Notes: generated from the sequence alone by a model not told the origin. A stretch of DNA of 64,000 nt from an uncultured Chloroflexia bacterium (GCA_963720755.1 CAVRGP010000002.1:96001-160000), one strand, 5' to 3'; positions 28,222 through 39,900 are shown, counted from the first letter of the stretch. Numbers and translations: made by a program.

Positions 28222-29340
28222 GTGAAACTATCGGTCATGCAAGAGAACCTGGCGCGCGGCCTGTCGGTCGTGAGTCGCGCCGTTTCGAATCGGAGCACCC
28301 TGCCCGTCCTGGCAAACGTCCTTCTGAAGACGGAGGACGCAGGCCTCAAACTGACGGCGACGAACCTCGAGATCGGCCTCACCTACTGGGTCCCGGGCAA
28401 GATCGAGACGGACGGAGCAACGACGGTGCCGGCCAAGCTGCTGACCGACCTGGTCAACTCATTGCCTGCCGGCGACCGGGTCGACCTTGAGCTCCAGGCC
28501 AACGACACCCTGCATCTCCGCTGCGGACGCTTCGAAACCAACGTCAAGGGCATCGATGCCGACGAATTCCCGGCCATCGGCGCCGCTGGTGAGCGTCCAA
28601 CGACCCGGATCGCCCAGAACGTCCTGCGCAGGGCGCTGACCGAGACCGCGTTCGCCGCGGCCAGCGACGAGGCGCGGCCCATCCTGACCGGCGTGCTCGC
28701 ACGGTTCGAGGGCGATCGACTCACCCTCGCCGCAGCCGACAACTACCGGATCGCGGTCAAGACCATCCCGGTCCTCGATGCGGTCCCCGAGACCAGCGTC
28801 GTCATCCCTGCACGTGCTCTCAATGAGTTGATCCGGATCCTGTCGGATGTCGAGGACCCGGTCGACGTCGTGCTGACCGGGGGCCGGAATCAGATCGTCT
28901 TCCATCTCGACGGGATCGACCTGGTCAGCCGGCTCATCGACGGTCAGTTCCCGAACTACCAACAGGTCGTCCCCCAGAACCACACGACCCGGGCCGTGCT
29001 CGACCGCGAGGAGCTGCTTCGGGCTGTCCGGCCGGCGGCGCTGATCGCCCATGAGTCGGCGAACATCGTCAAGCTCCAGGTCAGTGCCGACGGAGAACCC
29101 GGTATCACCGTGAGCGCCAACGCGGAGGTCGGTGACCTCGTCGGCCAGGTCGAGGCAGCCGTCGAGGGGGACGGAACGACCATCGCCTTCAACGCCCGCT
29201 ACCTTGCCGACGTCCTGACGAACGTCACCGCCGAAAGCTTTGCCCTCGAACTCAACGGTCCGCTGTCGCCTGGTGTGTTCAAGCCTCTCGGCGACGACCA
29301 GTACATCCACGTGGTCATGCCCGTCCGGACCACGTCCTAG
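28222..29340 (+). CDS. dnaN: DNA polymerase III beta clamp
   Basis: Motifs TLPVLANVLL, ATNLEIG, RPILTGV, SRLIDGQFPNY, IAFNARYL and VVMPVR. Confidence 0.97.
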   Translation: MKLSVMQENLARGLSVVSRAVSNRSTLPVLANVLLKTEDAGLKLTATNLEIGLTYWVPGKIETDGATTVPAKLLTDLVNSLPAGDRVDLELQANDTLHLRCGRFETNVKGIDADEFPAIGAAGERPTTRIAQNVLRRALTETAFAAASDEARPILTGVLARFEGDRLTLAAADNYRIAVKTIPVLDAVPETSVVIPARALNELIRILSDVEDPVDVVLTGGRNQIVFHLDGIDLVSRLIDGQFPNYQQVVPQNHTTRAVLDREELLRAVRPAALIAHESANIVKLQVSADGEPGITVSANAEVGDLVGQVEAAVEGDGTTIAFNARYLADVLTNVTAESFALELNGPLSPGVFKPLGDDQYIHVVMPVRTTS

Positions 29341-29378
29341 CCCGCCTATCCGGAGGCCCGCCCCGGGTCCGCCCGTGG

Positions 29379-30530
29379 ATGGGAGTGACCCTGCTCGAGA
29401 CGATCAGCCTGCTCGATGTCCGGGGCTACGCGTCACTCGACGCGACGTTCAGGGCTGGACCGCACCTCATCTGGGGCCCGAATGCCGCCGGCAAGACGAG
29501 CCTCCTTGAGGCGATGGTCATGCTCGCCTGGGGACGGTCGCACCGGACGAGCTCGGATGGCGAAGTGATCCGGTGGGGCACGGACCTCGCCAGGATCGAG
29601 GGGGTCACCGGTCGGGACACCATCGAGTTGGCCGTGGTGCGCGCCGGTGCCGGCGGCTCGGCCGGCCGCAAACGGATCAGGGTCAACGGGCTCGGGCGGC
29701 GGACGACCGGGCTCGCGGGGCTGCTCCGGGTCGTGATCTTCGCACCGGAAGAGATGCTCCTCATCGTCGGCTCGCCGTCGTTGCGGCGGGCCGTCATCGA
29801 CCGGATCGCATCGGCCGGATCACCTGCGTACGTTGACGCGCTCGCGACCTATGGCCGGACGCTCCAGCAGCGCAACAGCCTGCTTCGCGCCATCCGTGAG
29901 GAGGGGGCGTCGCGCTCGGAACTGCGGTTCTGGGACAGCGCCCTCCTGGACTCGGGCGGGTCGATCGTCGCCGAACGCCTCCGGATCCTCGAGCTGATGG
30001 CCGGGCCCCTGGCAGCGGCGCACGCGGAGATCGCGCCGGACGAGGCCGCAACCGCTGCGCTGACCCTTCGCTATGAGACGAATGCACCCGCGATGCCGGG
30101 AGAATCCTCGCGCGACGCCCTGGCTCGACGGTTGGCCGACACTGCCGACAAGGAGATCTGGAACGGGTCCACCCTCGTCGGACCGCACCGGGACGACCTC
30201 GTCTTCGAGCTGGCCGGCCGGGACCTGAGCACCTTCGCATCACGGGGGCAGCAACGGACGGCCATCCTGGCCCTGAAGCTGGCCGAACTCGATGTCGTCA
30301 CCGCGCTCGATGGGCGGCCGCCGTTGCTCCTGCTCGACGACGTCTTCTCGGAACTTGACCCGGAGCGACGGGCCCACCTCGTCCGACGGATCGCCGCCCT
30401 GCCCCAGTCGTTCGTCACGACGACGACGCTCGACGATCTCGACCCGACGCTGCGGGCGATCGCGACCAGCTGGGAGGTCCGGGTCGGCTCCGCCGGGGCC
30501 GAGCTCGTCGGCGGCGGGACACCGGGCTGA
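29379..30530 (+). CDS. recF: DNA replication/repair protein RecF
   Basis: Motifs GPNAAGKTSLLEA, GPHRDDL, SRGQQR and LLLDDVFSELD. Confidence 0.95.
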   Translation: MGVTLLETISLLDVRGYASLDATFRAGPHLIWGPNAAGKTSLLEAMVMLAWGRSHRTSSDGEVIRWGTDLARIEGVTGRDTIELAVVRAGAGGSAGRKRIRVNGLGRRTTGLAGLLRVVIFAPEEMLLIVGSPSLRRAVIDRIASAGSPAYVDALATYGRTLQQRNSLLRAIREEGASRSELRFWDSALLDSGGSIVAERLRILELMAGPLAAAHAEIAPDEAATAALTLRYETNAPAMPGESSRDALARRLADTADKEIWNGSTLVGPHRDDLVFELAGRDLSTFASRGQQRTAILALKLAELDVVTALDGRPPLLLLDDVFSELDPERRAHLVRRIAALPQSFVTTTTLDDLDPTLRAIATSWEVRVGSAGAELVGGGTPG

Positions 30531-30862
30531 TGAGCCCGCAGCGTCGTCGTCCGATGGTCAGGATCGGCGATCTGATCCCGGACGCGGCCCGAGCCCTGGG
30601 CCTGGAAGAAGAGCTGCGCCTGTCCAGGGCGATCGCGACGTTCGAAGCCCTCGTTGCGGAACGGGTCCCGGCGGCGACCGGTGCGTGCCGGGTCGTCAGC
30701 CTCAAGGGATTCACCCTCGATGTCGAGGCCGACCAGCCGATCGTCGCCCAGGAACTTCGCCTGCGGTCGACCGAGTTGCTGGCCGCCTTCGCCGCCGCCC
30801 CGGGCGGCGTCGGCGCACGCGAACTGCGCGTACACGTGCGGCGCGGGGGTCCCCGCGTATAA
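30530..30862 (+). CDS. DciA/DUF721-family protein
   Basis: Position right after recF, size, and pattern RIGDLI...LDVEADQPIVAQELRLRSTELL. Confidence 0.7.
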   Translation: MSPQRRRPMVRIGDLIPDAARALGLEEELRLSRAIATFEALVAERVPAATGACRVVSLKGFTLDVEADQPIVAQELRLRSTELLAAFAAAPGGVGARELRVHVRRGGPRV

Positions 30863-31002
30863 TCCCCGTCACCTGCCAGCCAACCCGAGGCGACCGAACC
30901 GGACGAGCCGCACTGACAGCCCAGGGCGACGCTCGGAATGGACCTTACCGCCCGCCCCCGCAGCCCCTCCACGGTGGGGCCGCCTGATCACGAGAGGCCC
31001 GG

Positions 31003-33270
31003 ATGGCCGTACGGCTCCACATGACGCTCGGCATCGTTGCCGAACATGACCGACTCGCCGACTCCCCGGATACGCTCATCGTCGTCGAACCGAGCGTCGG
31101 CTCCGTCGCGCGCTCGAAGGGCTACCTGTACCTGCTCGTGACATCGCGGATCTCCTCGCGTCACGCCCTGGAAGCGACCCGCCTGGCCGCCGAGACGATC
31201 CGAAACGAGTATTACTACGACGAGTCAGCCGGGATCCGGGTCTGTCTCCAGAAGGCGATCGGGACGGCAAACAAACGGTTGGCTCACCAGGCGGATCGCC
31301 TCGGACTCAAATCCCCGGATGGCAACGGCCCGATCGGCATCGGCGTCGCCGTCGTCCGCGGCAGCGAGATGTACGTCGCGACGGTCGGGCCGGCCGAGGC
31401 GTACCTGATCCGCCAGGCTCGGCTGTCCACCCTGCCCGACCCGAACCGGGCGAGCGGCCTTCCGTCCGACGCGCTTGAACCCGATGTCTGGCGCGGCGAG
31501 GTGTCGGTCGGCGATTCGCTGGTCTTGATCTCGCCCAACGTCATCGCCAAGCTCGGCGCCGATGAGTTGAAGGACGCGATGCTGACGCTCCACCCGCAGT
31601 CGGCGATGGAGCACCTGCATCAGCGCTTCGTGGCGGCCGACGGGTCCGGCAGTGACGGCGCGATCTCCTTCGAGGCGACCGAGCTGTCGTCGACCAGCCG
31701 GGCGCGGACGCTGGTCCCGGTGCGACCCGCAGAGCCGCTGGCGGGTGCCCCGGACCGGTCACCCATCCCGTTGGCCGACAACGTCCAGGCGGCCGGAATC
31801 GCGGTCACGGCCGCTGCCGGCAATGCGCGAACGGCCGCCGGTGGGGCGGTCGGGCGGATCGTCACCCGCCTCCAGGACCTCATGCCCCAGCGGAAGCAGG
31901 CCTATCGACGCGTCACCCCGTTGACGTCGCGGCGGGAGACCCAACGACGGGCCGCCCTGGCTCTCCTGGCCCTGGTGATCGTCGTGGGTGGCCTGGGCCT
32001 CGCGGTTTTCGCGCTCGGTGGCAACACGCCGCAGCAGGCGATCAGCTCGGTCAATGCCGGACAGCAGGCCCTGGACAAGGCGAAGGCGGACCTGGCCCAG
32101 GTCACCGGACCCGGGATCGACCTCATCGCCGACGACCGCTCCCAGGCGCTCGACCTGCTGACCGACGCCCATGACCAGCTCGATATCGCCGAGCAGGCGA
32201 AGGTCAGCGCCGTCGTGATCGCGCCGCTCCGTGCCCAGACGGTCGCGGGCCTCGATCGCCTGTACGGGGTCGTACCCGTCACGTCGGCGCCCCTGTATAC
32301 GTTCGAGCCCGCCGCCGACGCGGGCCCGACCGACCTGGCCGCGATGGTCCGTGGGCCCGACGGCGCGCCCTACGTCCTCGACCAGTCCACCAAGACCGTG
32401 TATCGGGTCAACCTCAAGAACACTGACGCGACCGTCGTCGTTCGAGCTGGCACCAAGAACAAGGCGGGCACGGTCGCAACGCCCCGGTTCCTGGCAGTGG
32501 GCGGCCAGGATCTCCTGATCCTCGATTCGAAGAACGTGTTGTGGCGATGGCGACCCGCAGACGCAACGGGCAAGGGGACGCTCACAAAGGTCACCGTCCA
32601 GGGAGCGGCCTCGCTGGGCAGCGATGTCGCGGGGATCGACACGTTCCTGCGGCCGGGGACTCGCGGGCTGTACAACCTGTACGTCGTCGATCCGTCCGAA
32701 CAGCAGATCCTGGCCTATTCACCCGCGGCGGACGGGAGTGGCTTCCCGAACAAGCCGTCCCCCTGGCTGGCGACGGCCCGGGATGTGACGTTGATGACAT
32801 CGACCTACGTCGACGGCGACATCTTCGCGACCGACACGGGCGAATTGATCCGGTTCGTGGGCGGCAAGAGCGAGGGCTGGACGCCCAAGGATCCCGGCGA
32901 TGAACTCCTCCGCCCGGCGCCCGAGTACTCGATCGTCACGGGCGTGAGCGCCCGACGTGAGGGCGTGGTCTACGCCTACGACGGACCGAATGCCCGGGTC
33001 GTCGCGATCTCCAAGTCGGACGGCTCGTACGCCGCCCAGTACCGATTGGCCGGCGGAGTGCCGGACTGGTCGGACCTGCGTGCGATGTACGTGGTGGCCG
33101 GGGCGGACGGGGAACCGGACACGGTCGTCTGGGCATCGCCCGACGGGATCAACCAGGCGATCCTTGTGGCCGTCCCCGACATCGCGCCGGTCGCGACCCC
33201 GTCCCCGACCCCCGAACCGAGTCCGACCAAGAAGCCGGCGAAGACGCCGAAGCCCACCAAGAAACCCTGA
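31003..33270 (+). CDS. Hypothetical bitopic protein: PP2C-like N-terminal domain, TM helix, beta-propeller-like extracellular domain
   Basis: N-terminal pattern YYYD...LQKAIGTANKRL...YVATVGPAEAYLIR...GDSLVLIS, central TM, YVLD/LILD/YVVD blade-like repeats and a Pro/Thr/Lys tail. TATAAT at 30858-30863. Confidence 0.7.
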   Translation: MAVRLHMTLGIVAEHDRLADSPDTLIVVEPSVGSVARSKGYLYLLVTSRISSRHALEATRLAAETIRNEYYYDESAGIRVCLQKAIGTANKRLAHQADRLGLKSPDGNGPIGIGVAVVRGSEMYVATVGPAEAYLIRQARLSTLPDPNRASGLPSDALEPDVWRGEVSVGDSLVLISPNVIAKLGADELKDAMLTLHPQSAMEHLHQRFVAADGSGSDGAISFEATELSSTSRARTLVPVRPAEPLAGAPDRSPIPLADNVQAAGIAVTAAAGNARTAAGGAVGRIVTRLQDLMPQRKQAYRRVTPLTSRRETQRRAALALLALVIVVGGLGLAVFALGGNTPQQAISSVNAGQQALDKAKADLAQVTGPGIDLIADDRSQALDLLTDAHDQLDIAEQAKVSAVVIAPLRAQTVAGLDRLYGVVPVTSAPLYTFEPAADAGPTDLAAMVRGPDGAPYVLDQSTKTVYRVNLKNTDATVVVRAGTKNKAGTVATPRFLAVGGQDLLILDSKNVLWRWRPADATGKGTLTKVTVQGAASLGSDVAGIDTFLRPGTRGLYNLYVVDPSEQQILAYSPAADGSGFPNKPSPWLATARDVTLMTSTYVDGDIFATDTGELIRFVGGKSEGWTPKDPGDELLRPAPEYSIVTGVSARREGVVYAYDGPNARVVAISKSDGSYAAQYRLAGGVPDWSDLRAMYVVAGADGEPDTVVWASPDGINQAILVAVPDIAPVATPSPTPEPSPTKKPAKTPKPTKKP

Positions 33271-33291
33271 CGACCGTGGGATAATCCAGGC

Positions 33292-33855
33292 ATGGACGAC
33301 GGGCTGATCGAGATGGTCGTCGAGAGCGTCCGCGTCCATATGCTCTCGAGCCGCCACGTGGTGATCCTCAAGGAGGCCGAGGCCGACCGAGAGCGCTACC
33401 TGCCGATCTGGATCGGTCCATGGGAAGCCAGCGCGATCGCCATGAAGCTCCAGGGGCTGACGCCGGACCGACCGCTCACCCATGACCTGTTCGCTTCCAC
33501 CCTCGAGGCGCTCGATGCGCGGATCGAGCGGGTCGTCATCAGTGACCTGGCCGACGAGACGTTCCATGCCCGCATCGTCCTGGTCCACGACGGCCGGACC
33601 ACGGAAGTCGATGCCCGGCCATCGGACGCGCTCGCTTTGGCCGTCCGGACGGGGGTGAGGATCTTCGCCGCCGAGGCGGTCCTGGAACAGGCGTCGCTCG
33701 GCCGGGATGGCGGGATCGGCGAGGAGATCGAAGGCGGCGAGTCCACCCTGGAGGCGACCGGCGAACGCGTGGTCGACCCCCGACTCGACGTCTTTCGCGA
33801 ATTCGTCAACTCGCTCGACACCGAAGCCGAAGGTGGCGAGGGTCGCTCGAGCTAG
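33292..33855 (+). CDS. Bifunctional nuclease (DUF151) family protein
   Basis: Motifs LPIWIGPWEASAIA, RPLTHDL and DARPSDALALA. Confidence 0.92.
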   Translation: MDDGLIEMVVESVRVHMLSSRHVVILKEAEADRERYLPIWIGPWEASAIAMKLQGLTPDRPLTHDLFASTLEALDARIERVVISDLADETFHARIVLVHDGRTTEVDARPSDALALAVRTGVRIFAAEAVLEQASLGRDGGIGEEIEGGESTLEATGERVVDPRLDVFREFVNSLDTEAEGGEGRSS

Positions 33856-33903
33856 CCCGATGACGGCCATGTTCCGACCCGCCGACCGGGTCGTGCCGAG
33901 GGA

Positions 33904-35418
33904 CTAGGTCCCGGCCCGCCGTCCGATGACCCGGGTGAGCTGGGTCGCATCCTGGCCATCGATGTACTCGAGGTCGTAGCGTTCGGCCAGCATCGCCACC
34001 TCGCGTGGATCGACCCGGATCACGTAGACGGGTCTCTGTCCCAGGTTGGTGTCGATGACGTCCGTCAGCGATCCGAGGTCCTCGTCGAGGCGGGTCCGAT
34101 CGTCCACGATCGAGATGTCCGGGCGTTGGCCCAGGACGCGCTGGCGATACCAGAGCGGCGTCGAGTAGCTCCACCAGCTGACGATGACGCTGTCAGGCTC
34201 CATGACCGCCAGGGCGTGGTCGGCCCACGTATCGGCGTCATGCCTGTGACTCATGTCGATCGCAGCGGACCGAGCCGGGATGGCCGCCACGGTCGGCAGC
34301 AGGAGGGCCACCCCGACGACCGCGGCGATGGTCCGCGTCCTGATCGTCGGGGCCGTCGCCCTCTCGCCCATGAACGCACCGATCGCCTCGACGACGACCC
34401 CGGCCAGGATGGCCAGCCAGGTCCAGGCCATGAGCGCCGGCCCGACGTAGTAGCGGGAGATGTCGGCGTTCACGTAGGACGCCGCGAAGAAGCAGGTGAT
34501 CCCCGCCGCGGTGCCGGTCAGCAGCGCATAGCGAGGCTGGCGGATCGCGGTCACCACGAAGGCGACCGGGATGGCCGGCGCGAGGAGTCCGAACTGGGCG
34601 ACGGCGAGACCGACCAGATCGCCGAACTTGCGCGGCAGGTCCCCGAACGGGTCGAGGAGGCTCCCCTGGAACTGTTCGGCGAAGACGATGTACCGGAACC
34701 CGTCCCAGGTATCCGGTCGACCGTACACGAGGGCGGCCCGGAACGGACCGGCTCGCAGCGGCAACTCGAGATAGACGACGACGAGGGTGATCGCGAGCGC
34801 GGCGACGCACCCGGCGACCAGTCGTCCACGGCGCCAGATCCCGGGATCGACGGCCAGGACGTACAACCCGACCGGGACGGCGAGCAGGACGGTCAACGAG
34901 TGATTGCCGAGCGCGAGGGCGAACACGACCGCGGCGCCGATGAGGTACCGGTCGGACCGTTCCGCCCGTCCATCGCCGTCCCACGCGACCAGCAACCAGA
35001 GCAGGATGGCGACGAACGCGAGATGCAGTGAGTGGGCCTCGGCGTGGGTCGCGATCGACCAGGCGATGGGGGTGAGGGCCATGGCGATCCCGGCGGCGAT
35101 CCCGATGGCCAGCCAACCGGTCAGGCGTCGAACGAGGTCGACGCTGACCCCGGCCGCCACCGCCAGGCAGACCGCCGACAGCAGGTTCATCCGAAAGGCC
35201 GGCTCGCCGAACGCCTGGAAGGCGACGGACGCGAGCCAGCCGATCAGCACATAGGTCGGGAACCCGGTCGGATGGGCGGTTCCCATGAGCGGGCCGACCG
35301 CCTGCAGTTCCGCGGTGTCCCAGAAAGCCAACCCGGGGAGCAGGGTGAACCAGGCGGCCGCGAAGGCGACGGCACCGACGAGCATGGCGGCGAGGAGGCG
35401 GATCCGACCCTGGTTCAC
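33904..35418 (-). CDS. DUF2723 (TMEM260-like) GT-C glycosyltransferase
   Basis: WDTAELQ...AHPTGFPTYVLIG signature, AEAHSLH and multiple TMs; GTGA overlap with the upstream gene. Confidence 0.8.
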   Translation of the reverse strand: MNQGRIRLLAAMLVGAVAFAAAWFTLLPGLAFWDTAELQAVGPLMGTAHPTGFPTYVLIGWLASVAFQAFGEPAFRMNLLSAVCLAVAAGVSVDLVRRLTGWLAIGIAAGIAMALTPIAWSIATHAEAHSLHLAFVAILLWLLVAWDGDGRAERSDRYLIGAAVVFALALGNHSLTVLLAVPVGLYVLAVDPGIWRRGRLVAGCVAALAITLVVVYLELPLRAGPFRAALVYGRPDTWDGFRYIVFAEQFQGSLLDPFGDLPRKFGDLVGLAVAQFGLLAPAIPVAFVVTAIRQPRYALLTGTAAGITCFFAASYVNADISRYYVGPALMAWTWLAILAGVVVEAIGAFMGERATAPTIRTRTIAAVVGVALLLPTVAAIPARSAAIDMSHRHDADTWADHALAVMEPDSVIVSWWSYSTPLWYRQRVLGQRPDISIVDDRTRLDEDLGSLTDVIDTNLGQRPVYVIRVDPREVAMLAERYDLEYIDGQDATQLTRVIGRRAGT

Positions 35419-36872
35419 CACCCGAGGATCCGGCTCCACAGCACGCCCCAGGCATTGATCGCGATGGACACGACGATGAGGCTCATTCCCGCAAGCATGC
35501 CCCATCTGTACCGAAGGACCATCCGCTCGAACCCCAGCGCAACGAGGAGCAGCGCGAACGGTGCCGCATCGTTGCTGAAGCGGTAGCCGAACTGGACCCA
35601 TCCCTGACTGAAATGCATCAGGTCGACCAGGACGATGAGCCCCACGGCGATCACCGCGCCTGCCACCAGCCGCCGGCGCCGGAACGCGAACATCGCCGGG
35701 ATGGCCAGCAGGTAGGCCGGACTCGTCAGGAGGACGCTCATCCCGGTGGCGCGCGGGAGGGCGAGGGGGCAGGCGATGTCGAACAGGCCGCGACCGGCCG
35801 AGGGGTCGACGCAGACGGCGACGGGCGCGACCCCCAGGCTGTCCGGGAGCACGGTCGGGAGCAGGTCCGGTGTCCCGAACAGGGCGATCCCGAGGTTCTG
35901 GACGGCGTAGCGGACATCCTCGATCGCCCAATCGGCGTGGTAGCCGAGGGCGGGATAGCCGGCGACCTCGAGCCGGTAGAGGTAGTCGTACGCGGGATTG
36001 GTCAGGTGGCCGGTGCTGACGAGCGTGTAGGCGAGGAGGATCCCGATCGGGATGGCCGCCCCCAGACCGGCCGACCAGGCTCGCCGCCGCCACGCTCCGC
36101 CGGCCCCGACGAAGATGAAGAACGGCGCTCCGAAGACGACGGTGAGCCGTGCCGTGCAGGCCAGGCCGAACAGGAACCCGGCCACGAACTGGCGTCGGTC
36201 GACCCGAAGCCTCGGGCCTGGCCGCGATGCGGCCGTCCCGGCCTCGAGGCCCGTGACGGCGCCCGGGTCGTCGCGGACCGCCAGGCCGATCGCGAGGAAG
36301 GCCAACCCGACAGCGACGATATGGGCCTGATACCAGGTCGTCGCCTGTTGGGCGGTGTACCAGAAGACGGTCCCGAAGGCGAAGAAGACGGTCGTGCCCA
36401 GCCGGACCGCCGTCCCGACCGGGAGCCGGCCGATGGCCCACCAGCAGATCGCGATATCGAACGCTGCGATGACCGTGTAGATGGCCTGGGCGTTGGTGGC
36501 GAGGCCCCACATCGCGACGAACGGCAGCAGGAGGAGCGCCGGGAGGGGTGGGAACGGGAGCAGGCCCCGCGGGATGCCGTCCGAGGTGACGATCGGCAGG
36601 ACGTCCTGGAAGTCGACGTTGCCGAACACGCCGTCGCCGGCGACCGGGTATCGGATCGCGGCGTGGCCCTCGAGGAACGCAGCGGCTTGCCAGACGAAGT
36701 GGTCGTACTGGCGGGCCGAGTAGCTCAGACCGTAGACGGCCAGGGCCGCGAGCACGAGGAGCAGACCGACCACGATCGCCGCCGTTCGGGCGACGTCAGG
36801 GCCGATCGGGATCTCCGTATCGAGGTACGTTTCGGGGCCCGGCGGGCGACCCTGTGCTACGCTCCGATCCAC
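35415..36872 (-). CDS. Polytopic membrane protein, probable GT-C glycosyltransferase (start uncertain)
   Basis: Motifs HFVWQAAAFLEG, PFPPLPALLLLPF and GWVQFGYRFSND; many TMs. Confidence 0.65.
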   Translation of the reverse strand: MDRSVAQGRPPGPETYLDTEIPIGPDVARTAAIVVGLLLVLAALAVYGLSYSARQYDHFVWQAAAFLEGHAAIRYPVAGDGVFGNVDFQDVLPIVTSDGIPRGLLPFPPLPALLLLPFVAMWGLATNAQAIYTVIAAFDIAICWWAIGRLPVGTAVRLGTTVFFAFGTVFWYTAQQATTWYQAHIVAVGLAFLAIGLAVRDDPGAVTGLEAGTAASRPGPRLRVDRRQFVAGFLFGLACTARLTVVFGAPFFIFVGAGGAWRRRAWSAGLGAAIPIGILLAYTLVSTGHLTNPAYDYLYRLEVAGYPALGYHADWAIEDVRYAVQNLGIALFGTPDLLPTVLPDSLGVAPVAVCVDPSAGRGLFDIACPLALPRATGMSVLLTSPAYLLAIPAMFAFRRRRLVAGAVIAVGLIVLVDLMHFSQGWVQFGYRFSNDAAPFALLLVALGFERMVLRYRWGMLAGMSLIVVSIAINAWGVLWSRILGW

Positions 36873-36901
36873 CTTCCACGCTCGTGCAGGAGCCGTTCCC
36901 G

Positions 36902-39900
36902 GTGACTGGCCCCCAGACCCGCGGGACCGAGCGAGACACACGAGCGCCGTTGCCGGTTACCGGGACGCAGGGAGCCGTCGGCGCGGTCCTCGTGGTCCTC
37001 GCGCTCGGACTCGTCCTCCGACTCATCATCGCATACCTCCTTCCCGGGTCCGGATTCGAGGTCGATCTGGGGGCGTTCCGATACTGGGCGTCGAACCTAG
37101 CCTCGGAGGGACTCAACGGGTTCTATGCCCGCGACTTCTTCCACGACTACACGCCCGGCTACCTGTACGTGCTCTGGCTCGTCGGTATCGTCGGCAACGC
37201 GGCTGGGGGCGTCGGTGACCTGATCAAGCTTCCGCCCATCCTGTCCGACCTGGCGATCGGCTGGCTCGCCTGGTCGATGGTCCGGGAGCTTGGTGGGCGG
37301 GACCGCCTGGCCCTCGCCGCGGCCGCGGTGGCGGTGCTCAACCCGATCTCGTGGTTCGACAGCGTGGTGTGGGGTCAGGTCGACTCGTTCGGCGTCGTCT
37401 TCCTCCTGCTCGGGCTGCGCGAGCTGTGGCGCGACCGACCCGAGCGGGCCGCGATATTCACCGTGATCGCCGCGGTCATCAAGCCCCAGCTCGGGATCCT
37501 CATCCCGGTCGTGGCTGTCGTCACCATCAGGCGAGCGCTCTGGCCGGCCGGCGGCCACGGCGACCCGGCCCGGACCGGACGCCCGATCCGCATCCTGACG
37601 ACCGGCCTGGTCGGGTACATCACCGCCGTCGTGGTCTGTTTCCCGTTCGGCCTGTCGGTCATCGAGCTGAGCAGCCAGGCGCCCTATGTCTCGTCCGGGC
37701 TGCTCCAGCAGGTGGCGGTCGCCGCCGGCGGCTACCCGTACCTGACGGTCAATGCCTTCAACCCGTGGGCGCTGGTCCCGTCCGACCTGGGACAGAGCCT
37801 CGCCAACGCGGGCCTGTGGGTATGCGATTACGCGGGGACCGCCCAGGACTGCGGGGCCGGGACCGCGGTGTTCGGCCCGATCCCGGCGGTCGTCATCGGG
37901 ACGACCCTCCTGCTCGCCGCGATGGCCGTGATCCTCGCGGTCATCGCCAGGCGCCCGGACCGGCTGACGTTGCTCGTCGGGATGGCCGTCCTGGCGCTCG
38001 CCTTCTTCGTCGTCCCGACCCGCGTCCATGAGCGCTACGGCTACCCATTCTTCGCGATGGGCGTGATCCTGGCCGCGATCTCCCTGCGCTGGCGGATCGC
38101 CTACATCGTCCTGTCGGTGGCGACCTTCGCCAACATGTATGTCGTCCTGACCACGCTGTACCCCAACAATCCGTCGATCGCGGACTGGCTCGGGCTGGGC
38201 CCGGCGATCCGATCCGAGGCCGGCGTGGTTGCCGTGTCGGTGCTGCACGCGGTGGCGTTCGCGTGGGCGTTCGTCCAGCTGCGTTCGGACGCCCGAGCCC
38301 GGTTGGCGGAGGAACTGGTGGACGCCTCGACCGTCGACGTGCCGGAGCCAACGGACGACATCCCGGCCGGCCTGCCATCGCCGGAGGACCGGGCCCTTCG
38401 ACCGACGCCGGCGTCGAGCTCCCCGGTCGTCGTCGCCACGATGCCCACCTGGACGCCGCGCCCGAGCTTCGAGGAGGTCGGCATCCTCGGCTGGTTCAGG
38501 GCCCGTCTCGCCGACCCGCCGATCCGGCCCGACCGGAGCTCGACCCTGCGCTCGGAAGGCGGTGGACGGCTCGATCGACTCGATCTCTGGATGGTCGTCG
38601 TCCTCGTCATCGGCACGATGCTCCTGCGCACGTATCGGCTGGAACAGCCGTACCAGATGCATTTCGACGAGGTCTACCACGCCCGGACGGCCACCGAGTT
38701 CCTCCAGGATTGGCGGTACGGGCTGTCGCACGATATCTATGAGTGGACCCATCCGCATCTCGCCAAGTACCTGATGGCCGCGGGGATCGTCGCGTGGGGT
38801 GGGGACCATGTCGGCGCCACCAGCGAGCTGGGTGTCCCGGTCGTGGACGCGGTCGTCGAGCCCCGCCGGCTCGACCAACTCTCGCCGGGAGGTCGTGCCG
38901 GCGAACGGCTGTACGTCGCGACCGGCACCGAGGTGCGTGCCTACGACCTGCGCAGTCGGGAACTGGTGGCGGTCATCACCGCCCCGGGAGCGGTCAGCCT
39001 CGCCATCGACGAATCGGCTGATCTCCTCGTCATCGGCGGGTCGGACGGGCAGTTGAGCACGGTCAACCTCTTCGACATCGGCCAGTACAGGCTCGATAGC
39101 GACCTCAAGCCGATCGAGGTCGCCAACGTCGGTCACCCGATCGATCACCTCGTCGTCACTGACGATGGGTCGACCGTGGTCGCCGCGTCCGACGAACGGC
39201 TGACGGCCGTCGATCCGTTCGACGGGACGATCCACGGTTCGATGGATCTTCCTGGCATCGCCGACCTGTCGCCGGGTGGGACAGGATCGGCGATCGTCGC
39301 CAGCGTCGACGATGTCGGCGACCCGACCGCGGCCGCCTCGGCGCTGGCTGCCGTGATGGCGACCAACGGGTCGGCCGATGCCGAGGCGAGCCTCGCGGCC
39401 GACTACGAGACGCGTCTGGCGGGGGCAGCCTCCGGAACCACGGTCGTGCTCGGGGATCCGGGCAGCGGTGATGTGCGGACCGCCCTGGACGACGCGATCG
39501 CGGCCGGTTCGCTGCCGGGTATCTCGGTCGGGAGCGTGTCACGGATCGCCGCTGCGACGTCGGACGGCGTGGCCTTCATCGACCCCGCCCGCGTCTCCCT
39601 GGTCACGACCATCCTGCTCGACGGCGGTGCGCACGGGCTGGCGATGGTGACCGGCCTGGACGATCCGAAGATCTACGCGACGTATGGCGATGCCGCGGCC
39701 CCCGGCTACCAGGTCATCACCGTCGGAGGTGCTCAGGCGGATGCAGGACCGACCGCCGGCAGTTCGCACCCATTACCGGGGCTCGGCTCCCTCGTCACCT
39801 ACGACCCTGCCAGCCAGATGGTCCACATCCTGGGGCACGCCCCGGCCCCCGCCGGCGACGCCTGGACCGTGTACGTGGTCGAACCGCACGGCAACGCGGT

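Noticed and set aside
33904-36510. 868-aa ORF as one protein; likewise the N-extended ORFs for dnaA, rnpA, smpB, nuoK, nuoM and otsB
   Set aside because: The extensions overlap neighbouring real genes in another frame; internal starts with stop/start overlaps or SD sequences fit better.
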